A stretch of 63,006 nt of DNA, the filler included, from Octopus bimaculoides (taxonomy: Eukaryota): assembly GCF_001194135.2 (NCBI RefSeq). It is 5 parts of 5 records of this genome, joined end to end, with 100 filler letters (N's around TTAATTAATTAA, not from the genome) between each part and the next. Parts side by side here need not be neighbours in the genome. Positions count along the whole stretch, not along the records: positions 1 to 5,912 come from NC_068981.1; positions 6,013 to 32,197 come from NC_068985.1; 3 more parts are not named here. One strand, written 5' to 3'. Positions 1-11,567 of the stretch are shown here, in pieces. Below the pieces are notes generated by a model that did no database searches, had not been told where the DNA came from, and worked only from the letters and a program-made list of their open reading frames with translations. A program made the translations under genes and the position numbers. The first letter of the stretch is position 1. The number at the start of each line of letters is the position of its first letter.

Positions 1-119
1 GGTCGAAGTGTATAGACTTATACACCTCTTCCACAAAAAATATTTTAAAACTGCAAAAGTTTTGACATATAAAAGGCCAACTTACTTGCGAGCCGATGTG
101 ACTAGCATCCGTCCAGATC

Positions 120-120
<1 letters not shown>

Positions 121-197
<77 letters not shown>
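121..197. repeat. (GATA)n microsatellite
   Basis: Uninterrupted GATA tandem run. Confidence 0.98.
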
Positions 198-198
<1 letters not shown>

Positions 199-410
199 GT
201 GAGCCGGCAGAATCGCTAACACGCCGAACAAAATGCTTAGTGATATTTCGTGCGTCCCTACGTGCTGAGTTCAAATTCTACCGAGGTCGGCTTTGCCTTT
301 TATCCTTTCCGTGTCGATGAAATAAGCACCTGTTGAACACTGGGCTCGATGTAATTGACTAGCGCCCTTCCAACAAAATTTCAAGCATAGTACCTCTAGT
401 AGAAAGGATG
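198..410 (+). mobile_element. SINE family B copy (GAGTTCAAAT B-box-like core)
   Basis: GAGCCGGCAGAATCG...CTGAGTTCAAATTC...GAGGTCGGCTTTGCCTTT...GATGAAATAAGCACC...GTAATTGACT...CAAAATTT. The same motif order recurs at 21715, 32770-33235 and five times at 52191-53270. Confidence 0.8.
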
Positions 411-1004
411 TGTGTGTGTGTGTGTGTGTGTGCGTGAATACTTGTGAATGTGTGTTCGTACATACATTGAAAAATCTATGAATGGCGTTATGTCACATGT
501 GTCATGATTTGAAAATTATAGAAATTTCTCATCGATGAATGTATAATCAGTAATTGAGGTTAAACAAATAAAAAGACACAATCTAAACATTTTAGGCGGT
601 TTCATTAAGAATACTTGTAACGAGAACAAATAATTGCTCTCATTGCACTTTTTCTATAACTGGTTAGGTTTTTTAAACGAACGGATGTTATCAATGTGAA
701 TGAGAAAAATCAATCCATTCACTCTTTAAAGACAACCAGCAAACAATTTTGAATTCGCATATAGCATACACACCATTGTGAATTCAAAGTTGATTTTACA
801 CTAATTATCCGAGTCAAAATATTCAGTTATTTAGACGACCAACAAAAATGTATTACTTTAGTTTTTATTTTATTTTAAAACTTTCTCGAGATTTGTTGTC
901 TCCCTTTTTTTCCTCTTCTGATTCTTTTCTTGCAGAAAATTGCAATCATGGAACAATATTAATTTCATTTAAGAAGACATATCTCCTAAGTAGCATATCC
1001 AAAA

Positions 1005-1243
1005 TATTCTTTTATTCTTTTACTTCTTTCAGTCATTCGACTGCGGCCAAGCTGGGGCACCGCCATTAAGTCGAAGAAATCGATCTCAGGACTCATTCTT
1101 TTTAAGCTTAGTACTTATTCGATCGGCTGCTTGCCGAATCGCTAAGTTGTGGACACGTATAATTTGTGGAGATGTAATCTCACCAACACCTGTTTTCAAG
1201 CGATGTTGGGAGGACAAACGAAGACACACGCACGCACACACAC

Positions 1244-1317
<74 letters not shown>
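1005..1317 (-). mobile_element. SINE family A, 3' half, running into its internal (CA)n microsatellite and an N gap
   Basis: Matches the 3' half of the full copies at 24089-24554 and 29484-29926 (CAGTCATT.GACTGCGGCCA.GCTGG.GCACCGCC...CAAGCGATGTTGGG). Confidence 0.9.
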
Positions 1318-1458
1318 NNNNNNNNNNNNNNNNNNNNNNNNNNNNNNNNNNNNNNNNNNNNNNNNNNNNNNNNNNNNNNNNNNNNNNNNNNNNNNNNNNN
1401 NNNNNNNNNNNNNNNNNNNNNNNNNNNNNNNNNNNNNNNNNNNNNNNNNNNNNNNNNN

Positions 1459-1536
<78 letters not shown>

Positions 1537-2334
1537 CGAAATATTTGAAATTCAGTTGTATTAAGTACTTAAGTTGAAGCACCAAGTCAGTCCGGTATTA
1601 TCCGCATAGCTCGAAGTAGGGTGAATGAAATCAAAATAAGCAAAAGGATATCTAGAAGTGATGCAGTACAACCGTTTCAAGCGACTCCATTTAATTGAAC
1701 AATGCACTCATTACACCAATTTAAATTTATCATCAGCTGCACAAATAAATAGAATTTTAATCAGTCGGACACAGTAATATAATTTTACTCAAATACTTTA
1801 ACAGAGCAAGAAGATGGAAGAAATCCATATTGTCGCTATTGTAGCTAAGAATATACTACACTTCCAAGAAAAGCATGAAGCTTACTGGGGTCATAGCTTG
1901 TAAAGGATTGTGGTTCATTTCTAACTTATTTGTCTTTTATCAACTACTAAATCTAAGACTAGAGGACTATGTCTGTTTGGGATGAAGGGTAAGAGTGAGT
2001 TGACAGCTCATGGCTAGATATGGTCATAAATATTGTCACGATATTATGAGTAGTAAACTGGGTATAAAGTAACTGTCTATAAAGGAGGCTGGGTAGGGGA
2101 AGACTCTAAATCATAATGTTATACAGAGGAAATTTTATCATGGGGTACTATGGATGATTGTTTGTAAACAATATTGTTATGTTGTATAAAGATAAAATTT
2201 AAGATTATCAGAAATGATATCATAACCAAAATAGGTAAAAATGTATGTATATATATATATCAATTTTCAACATTAAAAAGGAAAGATTGCATAGAATCAG
2301 TTTGATATTCATTCATTAATTATTTACTTATTAG

Positions 2335-2578
2335 GTGGTTCCTATCAAGACTGCTCTGGGCATTTACTTATGGAATACTGGAAAGATAAGACGCAGTACT
2401 AACACATCTAATATAAACAATATAGACTGTAACTCCGAGGTTTACACTAGCACAGAGATTACTAACACAACACCTGTTGATGCTGAGATGAATTTGAATG
2501 ATACTACAGTTGAAGGAAGTATGAATAATAACAGAAATAAAAATAACACATACAATAGTAGTAGTAGGATTGATAATC

Positions 2579-2653
<75 letters not shown>

Positions 2654-3995
2654 GGAATATCAATAATATTAACAGTAGTAATTCTCCTGGTTGCAATTAT
2701 AGAGTTAAACCCTACTGTCCGTCATTAGGTCGCTGTCTAATACAAAACGTAATTTATAAATGCACAAGCATAGCTGAGGCTGGTAACTTTATATATATAT
2801 ATATATNNNNNNNNNNNNNNNNNNNNNNNNNNNNNNNNNNNNNNNNNNNNNNNNNNNNNNNNNNNNNNNNNNNNNNNNNNNNNNNNNNNNNNNNNNNNNN
2901 NNNNNNNNNNNNNNNNNNNNNNNNNNNNNNNNNNNNNNNNNNNNNNNNNNNNNNNNNNNNNNNNNNNNNNNNNNNNNNNNNNNNNNNNNNNNNNNNNNNN
3001 NNNNNNNNNNNNNNNNNNNNNNNNNNNNNNNNNNNNNNNNNNNNNNNNNNNNNNNNNNNNNNNNNNNNNNNNNNNNNNNNNNNNNNNNNNNNNNNNNNNN
3101 NNNNNNNNNNNNNNNNNNNNNNNNNNNNNNNNNNNNNNNNNNNNNNNNNNNNNNNNNNNNNNNNNNNNNNNNNNNNNNNNNNNNNNNNNNNNNNNNNNNN
3201 NNNNNNNNNNNNNNNNNNNNNNNNNNNNNNNNNNNNNNNNNNNNNNNNNNNNNNNNNNNNNNNNNNNNNNNNNNNNNNNNNNNNNNNNNNNNNNNNNNNN
3301 NNNNNNNNNNNNNNNNNNNNNNNNNNNNNNNNNNNNNNNNNNNNNNNNNNNNNNNNNNNNNNNNNNNNNNNNNNNNNNNNNNNNNNNNNNNNNNNNNNNN
3401 NNNNNNNNNNNNNNNNNNNNNNNNNNNNNNNNNNNNNNNNNNNNNNNNNNNNNNNNNNNNNNNNNNNNNNNNNNNNNNNNNNNNNNNNNNNNNNNNNNNN
3501 NNNNNNNNNNNNNNNNNNNNNNNNNNNNNNNNNNNNNNNNNNNNNNNNNNNNNNNNNNNNNNNNNNNNNNNNNNNNNNNNNNNNNNNNNNNNNNNNNNNN
3601 NNNNNNNNNNNNNNNNNNNNNNNNNNNNNNNNNNNNNNNNNNNNNNNNNNNNNNNNNNNNNNNNNNNNNNNNNNNNNNNNNNNNNNNNNNNNNNNNNNNN
3701 NNNNNNNNNNNNNNNNNNNNNNNNNNNNNNNNNNNNNNNNNNNNNNNNNNNNNNNNNNNNNNNNNNNNNNNNNNNNNNNNNNNNNNNNNNNNNNNNNNNN
3801 NNNNATATATATATATATATATATAGGATGTTAGATAAATATTTTTTAAATGTATCAATAACCATTTTTCATCTTTTAGACTCAAACATAAAGCCAATTG
3901 TACGTCCTTATCTAGCAAGATTTCGGAACTGAACGAAAGCGGAATCGAATTTAGCCTTAAATGGGATATCATACGGAAAGCGCAGCCTTATAGAG
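2335..3995 (+). mobile_element. Penelope-like element remnant (Asn-rich linker plus GIY-YIG region), interrupted by (TA)n and a gap at 2807-3804
   Basis: GCNYRVKPYCPSLGRCLIQNVIYKCT before the gap. NNHFSSFR and SLSSKISELNESGIEFSLKWDIIRKAQPY after it. Both are typical Penelope GIY-YIG segments. Confidence 0.65.
2581..2652. repeat. (AAT)n microsatellite inside the Penelope linker
   Basis: Pure AAT run, read as poly-Asn in the ORF track. Confidence 0.97.
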
Positions 3996-4138
3996 ATACA
4001 TTTCTTTTATTAGCCACACAGGGCTCAACGAAGATGGGNNNNNNNNNNNNNNNNNNNNNNNNNNNNNNNNNNNNNNNNNNNNNNNNNNNNNNNNNNNNNN
4101 NNNNNNNNNNNNNNNNNNNNNNNNNNNNNNNNNNNNNN

Positions 4139-4173
<35 letters not shown>

Positions 4174-4489
4174 GTGTGTGTGTACATACATACACACAAT
4201 TGAAAATAAGTTACCTGTTTTTCCATTTTGAATATCTGATCCATCAAAGGCCTTGTTATCCATGCTGTTACTTTGATAGAGATCGTTGAAATGTGTGCTG
4301 ATCGTACGTTTGATCAATCAGTTCTACTTGGCTGATATGCCATATAAGGACTTAGTGCAGTAGTAAAATAGAAAAGGAAAAAATAACTGCAGTACAATTG
4401 TAAGTGATATTGTTTAGGCATATATAGGCTATGACAGGTGAAAAAAGAAAAAATATATAAATGAAAGAAAATAATGACAAAAAGGAAGG

Positions 4490-4491
4490 AA

Positions 4492-4525
<34 letters not shown>

Positions 4526-4857
4526 AATACGGAGAGAAAGAAACAAAAGAAGAGAGGAAGAAATGAAGAAAGAAAAACATAATCTTACTTCACTGATTTG
4601 TTGCATAACACATACTTTTACACCTGTGTATGTATACGTGTATATGTGTGTGCGCGCGTGTGTGAGTGTGTGGTGCGTGTGTGCGAGCGTGTGTTTGTCT
4701 CTATGTGCGTGTGTGAGTATGCGTGTGTGTGTGTGTGTGTGTGTGTGAGAAAGAGAGAGTGAGTGTGTGTGTGTGTGTGTGAAAGAGAGAGTGAGTGTGT
4801 GTGTGTGTGAAAGAGAGAGTGAGTGTGTGTGTGTGTGTGTGTGTGCGTGTGTGTGAG
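4490..4857. repeat. Compound low-complexity tract (GAAA, TG, GA)
   Basis: Visible short tandem runs. Confidence 0.85.
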
Positions 4858-5385
4858 AATCGTATAAATATCTATGAGGAGTGTTTGGATAAGTGAAACA
4901 CATTGTTATTAGTATTTTTGTTTTTGTTCTTTTTTTTGGCGGGGGGTCCCAATATTGTTTTTCGGTGGGGGATGGGCGATATTTTGCTTTTTCTTTTTTG
5001 TTCTTATTGTTGTTTTGCATTGTTTTATTTCACCTTTTCAGAATACTTATTACATTCAAATCTAAAAGGATTCGAACATTCAATATTGTTACATAAATAG
5101 ACAAATTAAGTGAACCGAAGTAGGAAAAGGAGAAATGTTTCCCTAGGTTTGCAAATTTCGCTGACTCATATTTCCATATATAGTATTAAACAGGTGCTCA
5201 TCAGCCGTACACCGCAGTTTCTTTGCAATTGATCTCAGCATTACTCATAGAAGAAACCGTGTTTGTCTATGTAAAATTATATTGAAGTATTAGATAATTG
5301 GTTGAAAAATAAAATTTCACGAAGAGAAAACTTGTGATCTGGCTTGTCAATAACCTTTGTATCTTTACATCCTTACTCTTGCACT

Positions 5386-5540
5386 CAGTGGTTCTCAACC
5401 GGGTTCCATATGGCCCTTGAGATTCCATGTAAGGTTTGGTTGTTTAAATTTATTTGCAATAAATTGGTTATTCTGCTACAATACACAAAATATTATAATA
5501 ATTACTTTTATGCAATTCCTAGTAATATCCAATTATACAA
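5386..5540 (+). mobile_element. hAT (Charlie-like) non-autonomous element, left end
   Basis: Begins CAGTGGTTCTCAACC, a typical hAT-Charlie TIR. No right TIR is seen before the next element. Confidence 0.5.
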
Positions 5541-5541
5541 A

Positions 5542-5912
5542 TACTAGCAGAAATACCCGGCTTTGCCCGGGTTAAAGAGAATAATGAAATCTAAAAACGC
5601 CGTCTAGACTACGCAACCCTCAACTGTTAGTAGCTACGATACTATATTTCTACCTTAATAACTCTCCAATCCATGCCAGCATGGAACATAGACATTAAGT
5701 GGAATGCTAGAAGAAAGTTTTCAACTCATATCTATATAAAGTAAATACACGTAATTCAGAAACACGTTTTGTGTATTTTATTTCGTAACCAAACAAACAG
5801 GTACAGATTATAAATAATGAAAGGCCAATTTTGGTGATTTATTTGACAGAGGTAGTAGAGAGACAATGCGATGATAAATCTGAGGTTGGATCTTGAAAGT
5901 TTGGATGAATGC
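5542..5912 (+). mobile_element. Helentron/Helitron-like non-autonomous element, 5' part, cut by a scaffold join
   Basis: Starts TACTAGCAGAAAT followed by the subterminal palindrome ACCCGG-CTTTG-CCCGGGT, the usual left end of such elements. Confidence 0.55.
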
Positions 5913-5956
5913 NNNNNNNNNNNNNNNNNNNNNNNNNNNNNNNNNNNNNNNNNNNN

Positions 5957-5968
5957 TTAATTAATTAA
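5957..5968. other. Artificial scaffold-join linker TTAATTAATTAA
   Basis: Exactly 44 N on each side (100 bp in total). The same construct occurs four times and has stops in all six frames. Confidence 0.95.
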
Positions 5969-6106
5969 NNNNNNNNNNNNNNNNNNNNNNNNNNNNNNNN
6001 NNNNNNNNNNNNATTTCCGATGTCTTTGGATAAGTTTCGGAGCAGTGATTTATCGTACTCACATGTTAAACTTCCCCGGTGTTCTCCACTTCCCCGGTGT
6101 TCTCCC

Positions 6107-6107
<1 letters not shown>

Positions 6108-6170
<63 letters not shown>

Positions 6171-6970
6171 CATATGATGAAAACTCACAGCTAATTTTGC
6201 TGGGTATGATGGAAAGTGTCAGCTGTCCACAGCCAACAGACTAAGGTAACACTTGCTTACTAGTCATAATTCAAGAACTTTGCGTAGAATTCTTGTAGTT
6301 CCAAGCAATGCGGATTTTTGTAGGTGTTCTACTTTCACACTTGCACCAAACTTTTTCAGCCATATTGGAAGTTGAATGCTGATACTTACAAGTGCACCAA
6401 TAATTATTAGTATCAAATCTGCTCTCTGCATTGACCACGACCTTCGTATTTCCCACTTTAAATCGTAATAGTTGTTTAATTTTTCTTCTTTCACATTGAT
6501 CCTCGTGTCACCGGAGCATGCTATTTCGATTATCATACGTTCTTTCGTTTTTTATACACCACAACAATGTCCGGTTTCCGATATCTTGTCAGGTGATCGC
6601 TCCGGATCATTGCATCCCAAAAGAATTTGCATTTCTCATTCTCAGTGATTCCTTCTGAGGTATGTTCATACCACGTCTTAGCTCACTGTGAGCCGTGATT
6701 TCCACAGAGCTCCCAATGGATAATTTCGCCACATTTTCATGGCGTGTTTCATATTCACGTTGTGCCAATTTCGGGCATTCGCCAACGATGTGTCATACCG
6801 TTTCGCCAACATACATTCTGCATTCGTCGCGTCCGGTAATGACGTCTATTTTGCACTTCACATAGTTGGTCCTTAACAATTTTTCTTGAGCTGCGCATAT
6901 GAGTGCATCTGTCTTTATCTTCAGGTCACTCCACTTCATTCATAGACACCGGTCCTCTGTATCCGTCTTG
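6108..6970 (-). mobile_element. R4/Dong-like RLE non-LTR retrotransposon, 5'-truncated 3' end with (TAA)n tail
   Basis: Minus strand: MKWSDLKIKTEALICAAQE, CCHC remnant HIVGECPKLAQREY, RLE motif RKPDIVVV...IIEIAC, LQKSALLGTTRILRKVL. A short 3' UTR and an (AAT)n tail follow at 6108-6170. Confidence 0.88.
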
Positions 6971-6974
6971 GATA

Positions 6975-7850
6975 TATACAAAATGTGAATCCTGGCCGGA
7001 ATTGAAAATACCACTGTCCCGATTGCATATCGGTTTTGCAGGCCTGGTAAATAGATATTATTACTTAATAGTAGTGGACAGCTACACAGAATGGTTTGAG
7101 GTCACGAGGTATAAGCGACCAACCCCATATACGGTAATAAACTTCTTACACGAGCTGTTTGCAAGATTTGGTGTACCAGATATAATTGTCTCTAATAACG
7201 GAACACAGTTTCTATCCTGTGAGTTGAAAAGATTCTGCGAGATGTTCACGTTACAGCATAAAACTATAGCTCCGTATCATCCTAGATCGAATGGAAGGGC
7301 CGAACGATTCGTGGACACTTTTTAAGAGAGCTTTAAAGAAAACTAATAAAGAAGCCACGGATGAGATCGTGATCCAATAATTCTTAAGTGTATACAGGGT
7401 AACTCCGAACCCAAATGCGCCAGAAAGAATTTCACCAGCAGAATTAATATTTCTCAGAAAAGTGAAGTCAGTATTCGTTAAGCTGTTACCAGTGAATAAA
7501 CTATACATGCTAGTGAAGACATTCCAGAATTCTTTCGAATCGGTGATAAGGTATATGCAAGAATGTACAAAAATGGTAAGCAATACTGGGAAGAAGGTGA
7601 AATTGTAACATACATAGGAAGAATGATGTAAGGTTTAAGAAGCAGAAATGGAATGGAAAGGACGCATAGAAATCAGCTTAAGGAAAGAGCCATTGAAAAG
7701 GAACCAACAAGAGTAGAAATACCGATGGATTGGCTATATGATACTTTTCAGGTTCCAACACCGTTACAAGAAGTCGAAACCATACGTACAAGGAAAACAG
7801 AAGAACACTGAATTCCTAAAAGTAGACCCTAAGAAGAAAATATATTGAGT
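6975..7850 (+). mobile_element. Ty3/Gypsy pol 3' part (integrase), frameshifted
   Basis: WPELKIPLSRLHIGFAG...LIVVDSYTEWFEV...ELFARFGVPDIIVSNNGTQF...APYHPRSNGRAERFVDTF. A -1 frame continues LSVYRVTPNPNA and ends VDPKKKIY. Confidence 0.9.
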
Positions 7851-7854
7851 ATAT

Positions 7855-7892
7855 ACAGGCTCAGGCTTGACTGTGTGGTAAGAAGCTTGCTT
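7855..7892 (+). mobile_element. SINE family A, 5' head (A-box part), split by the insertion at 7893-9837
   Basis: GGCTCAGGCTTGACTGTGTGGTAAGAAGCTTGCTT matches the head of the intact copies. The body resumes at 9838. Confidence 0.8.
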
Positions 7893-9837
7893 TCCTCACG
7901 GTGCATGTGCGGACCAGAGTAGTTTTTCTAACGATAATGACAACACAACTAAATTTAGCTCTGTTGTGGATTAAATCTACGAAAAGATATTAGCAGCGCA
8001 GCCTGAAGGTAGGAGAAATTTTGTTTCTGGGGCACAGTGGAGGTGCGTTACTTGTATTAAATTGTTATTTTTCACTAGTAAGCTATCTCCACTGGTCTCG
8101 GGGCAATTTTGTTCGCCTTTGCTTCCGTTGGTTTTGTTGAAAAATTCTTAGGGGACGTATCCCGCAACGCAAGAATTTTTCTATTGAAACGTTTTTTACT
8201 GAAGAATTTCGTAACTGGATTTTTGTCTCTGTTTATGGACAATTAAGCGCTACTAGCTGTTAATTATACGACGAACACCAGTTTTTGTGGATAAAATTGT
8301 TTGGATATTGTGGATAACATATCGGATTACCGAGGCCTGACCAGGAGTTCGAATAGGCCAGAGGACAGTGAACATTTAACTGTGCATTTTTTAAACTGTG
8401 TTTCTTTCCTTTTCTCCTTCTGTCTTGCTTCTTGGATTTTTGTTTTTATTTTTCTTCTACAGTTTACTGTGAACATGAAAAATAATAATAGTAACATTAC
8501 TTTGGAGTGGGAGAACAACCCACCCAAAGAATGGGAGGAAGATTTGAAAGAGAGGACTTATTCAAGGTCCTTGGACACCATTGTCCCGTTTTACAGACCA
8601 GAGATAGAAGAAGAGCTGGCGGAATATATGCCAACGATAAAGCATATTGCCAGGGGTCCCAAATATGCAACTGTATCGTTGCTGTTCGAGACCCCGGAGA
8701 TGGCGTGTAAGTTCGCCAGTCAGCCCCTGGAATGGGAAAGGATTCTGTTTCTCCCCTCATATTGTGGGAGAAAATGCAAGCGTGCGTTGGTATGTGAGTT
8801 GCTGCCAGGGGTTAAGCCCGAGTGGATAACAGAAACTATCCGACAGCGAATTGGTGGCAGTAAGGACACGAAATTCCTAAATGTAAAAGTGTTGCCGGCC
8901 ATATAAAGAAGTATTGTCGCCGAGACCAGAGAGTGTCCCAGAGGCAGTCAATTAATAAAGAACGCAGTCCTGCTCAGCAGATGGAAACAATGAGGAGGCG
9001 GAGGCCTGACCTGAAAGAGGGAAAAAGAGAAAGGCGGGCATTGATAGTAGCCCGCCGAAACCTCACATAAATGATGTAGAAGTGGAAGGGGCATTAAAGC
9101 CCCCGGGTAAACCGGATGCCCCCCCACCCCCTCCCACCGAAAAAAGAAAAGGAAAAAAAGGAAGAAAATGGTATACCGACGGTTGAGCTGCCGACGGACG
9201 TTGAACCATCGTCAGTGGATTTTGTGCCGCCGACAGCCGAAGCGGATACCTCGTCCCCAGAGGAAGTGGAATTATTGGTTTTCTTCTACAGAAGTGGAGG
9301 AGGTGCTGGAAGAGCACCAGAAGGGAGCAACTTTGACCTGCATACGTGATCCTGAATGGCTTTCGCAGATAGCTCTGGAGGTCATAATGTTGGCCGTGAT
9401 GCAAAGGTTGAAGGGGCTTAATGAGGAATATCGCTTGTGACCGGGCGACGCCGACACGTCACCCGCTTTGTGCTTAAACGAGGCGTGGGCGATGGTGGAA
9501 GATGTGGTCACAAGCGATGCTGGGGTGGAATATGGATAAAAAGTTGAAAAGCCTCAATGTTATGAATTGAGGAGGGGTTTGAAACCTCATTTTGTTTAAA
9601 ACAAAGTAAGAGGCGTAATGCCTGCTTTTTGTAGCAATGAACATAACGAACAGTGTAAGAGTCTTGTTGCCTCAGATATAAGAGAACAATGTTTTCGGGG
9701 ATCAGTCGGCGGTCGCTGATTGTTCCTCCCATTTATTCAGTAACCATCATTTTTTTCCCACATAACATTATGTCTATGCCCAGCCCGCAGTTTTTCTTTG
9801 TCTGTATAAGGCCTTTATGGCAAGTCTTGATGAAATA
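7893..9837 (+). mobile_element. 1.95-kb ORF1-only (HAL1-like) L1/Tx1-type non-autonomous retroelement with 13-bp TSD
   Basis: AAGAAGCTTGCTT flanks it at 7880-7892 and 9838-9850. It contains an ORF1-like frame and a zinc-knuckle remnant (GHIKKYC). No RT or endonuclease motif was seen. It ends GCCTTTATGGC...GAAAT. Confidence 0.75.
8475..8906 (+). CDS. Retroelement ORF1-like protein (RRM-like), disrupted after about 143 codons
   Basis: MKNNNSNITLEWENNPPKEWEEDL...GPKYATVSLLFETPEMACKFASQPL...FLPSYCGRKCKRALV resembles L1/Tx1 ORF1. Other frames continue with the knuckle and an acidic, Pro-rich tail to about 9520. Confidence 0.55.
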   Translation: MKNNNSNITLEWENNPPKEWEEDLKERTYSRSLDTIVPFYRPEIEEELAEYMPTIKHIARGPKYATVSLLFETPEMACKFASQPLEWERILFLPSYCGRKCKRALVCELLPGVKPEWITETIRQRIGGSKDTKFLNVKVLPAI

Positions 9838-9976
9838 AAGAAGCTTGCTTCACAAAGGCATGGTTCCGGGTTCAGTACCACTGCGTATCACCTTGGGCAA
9901 GTGTATTCTACTATAGCGTGGGGATGACCAAAACCTTGTGAGTGGATTTGGTAGGCGGAAACTGAAAGAGGCCCGT

Positions 9977-10012
<36 letters not shown>

Positions 10013-10228
10013 NNNNNNNNNNGTGTGTGTGTGTGTGTGTTTGTTTGTTCCCTCACCATCGATTGACAACCAATGCTGGTGTGTTTACGTCCCTGAAACT
10101 TAGCGGTTCTGCTAAAGAGAACGATGCAATAAGTAATAGGCTTACAAAGAATAAGTTATGCGGTGCTCCAGCATGGCCGCATTTAAGTGACTGAAACAAA
10201 TAAAAGAATAAAAGAATAAGAGAATACA
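9838..10228 (+). mobile_element. SINE family A body (B-box, internal TA/TG microsatellite, 3' half, AAAAGAAT tail)
   Basis: GGTTCCGGGTTCAGTACCACTGCG...GGAAACTGAAAGAGGCCCGTCG (TA)n...(TG)n...GCGGTGCTCCAGCATGGCCGC...GAAACAAATAAAAGAATAAAAGAAT. Confidence 0.9.
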
Positions 10229-10292
10229 AAAAAAGAGAAGGTGGGGTGAATAAAATAAATTGATTGTTAAATAAAATGATTAAAATGGGTGG

Positions 10293-10541
10293 TGTTGTAT
10301 AGTGTAACTGTATATCTCTCTCGGTAAAAAGTGCTTGGGCAAGCCATTATAAATATACCAGTAGGCCAGTTGTCAAGAGAGAGTCGAGAGTCGAAAATTG
10401 GAGAGTCGACAGTTCTAGTCGGTGTCTTGTAGAGCTATCCACGATAGTAAGACAGAAGTTAGTGCATTACTATTCCGGTATGAAGTAATACAACGGTATC
10501 GGATGACAAGTAAATATTGTGGCTACTAGCGTTAAACAACA
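10293..10541 (+). mobile_element. Probable 3' LTR of the upstream Gypsy element
   Basis: TGTTG...CAACA termini, purine-rich AAAATGGGTGG (PPT-like) immediately 5', internal TATAAAT, downstream of the integrase on the same strand. Confidence 0.6.
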
Positions 10542-10806
10542 ACTAGACCAAAACAGCAGTCACACATCACACTAATGGGAGGAAGTAACTTTACAATACA
10601 AACATGGGCTTAGTCACAGGTGACCAAAAGCTCACCTTAGAAGGACGATATAAATGTTGGGACAATCAACGATTTGAAAATGGCGGTGTTGAAATGTCGG
10701 TGTTGAACAGACACTATATAATGAAAGTGGGAAATGATTCTTAAGGTGAAATTATCCTTTGCAATCATATCTTAACACAAAACTACAAGCATTATAACAA
10801 TTAAAA

Positions 10807-11380
10807 ATGCTATCAGCAATATCAGTAGGAACAATTACAAAAAGAAAAGAAAACAAGCAAGCAAATCCTGGGTTTCAAGAAATTTATTCTGCTGAGGGGT
10901 GAAAGCCTAAACAAAATAACCGACTTAACAAAGATCCTAGGAGGGAAGCAACTGCAGGTAGTGTGAAAGTTAAAAGGATTTGATATTACAAATGTGGAAA
11001 CAATCACCTCAGTATTTTCTGCCCACCCCACCACCAGCGACCACAACAGACAACAGTTGAAAGAAAGCTTCTATTACTGCCAGTAACAGAACTTCAAATC
11101 TATTAATAGCATGAAACGCAGCACAAGTAATCTCAGCATCCGACACAACAGCATGCAACCGCAGCAGCAGTGATTTTGGCACCTGCTACATGTCTAGAAA
11201 CAACACCTATATCAACAGAAGTAACAAGAAAACCAAGTGTGAAGGCAACATCAAGACAAATAAAAGAAACGTGGTCATCTAACACCAGCTCATCACCACC
11301 ACCGTCAGTGACTGAAAGCTCTAAAATAAAAAGAATGCATGAAAAAGCCAACCTATGCCACTCGCCGCTGAGAATCACTT
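10807..11380 (+). mobile_element. Possible decayed gag-like region
   Basis: YYKCGNNHLSIFCP resembles a degenerate CX2CX3HX4C knuckle and is followed by a Ser/Thr-rich frame. Multiple stops. Confidence 0.3.
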
Positions 11381-11516
11381 AGACATGATGTGTGACGTAG
11401 GTGATAGAATAGAAAGTAAAAAGCAATGAAAAATGAACTACAAAAATTTATGAAAAAATAAATTCGCGCTAACAAAGAGAGCAGCTGGGAACGGATGGAA
11501 TGGCACAGACGCAACG

Positions 11517-11519
<3 letters not shown>

Positions 11520-11567
<48 letters not shown>
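11520..11567. repeat. (GA)n microsatellite running into a gap
   Basis: Pure GA run. Confidence 0.97.

Noticed and set aside
2335-2790. Asn-rich ORF as a host gene
   Set aside because: It is an (AAT)n tract inside a Penelope linker, and GIY-YIG motifs follow.
1086-4247. Long ORFs in the track rich in HTHT, CVCV, YIYI or X (also 11495, 19018, 61209 and others)
   Set aside because: Translations of microsatellites and N gaps; no coding evidence.
5913-6012. Palindromic TTAATTAATTAA islands inside N runs (also at 32242, 56387, 59511) as a biological motif
   Set aside because: The identical 44N+12+44N geometry four times, with six-frame stops, marks an assembly linker.
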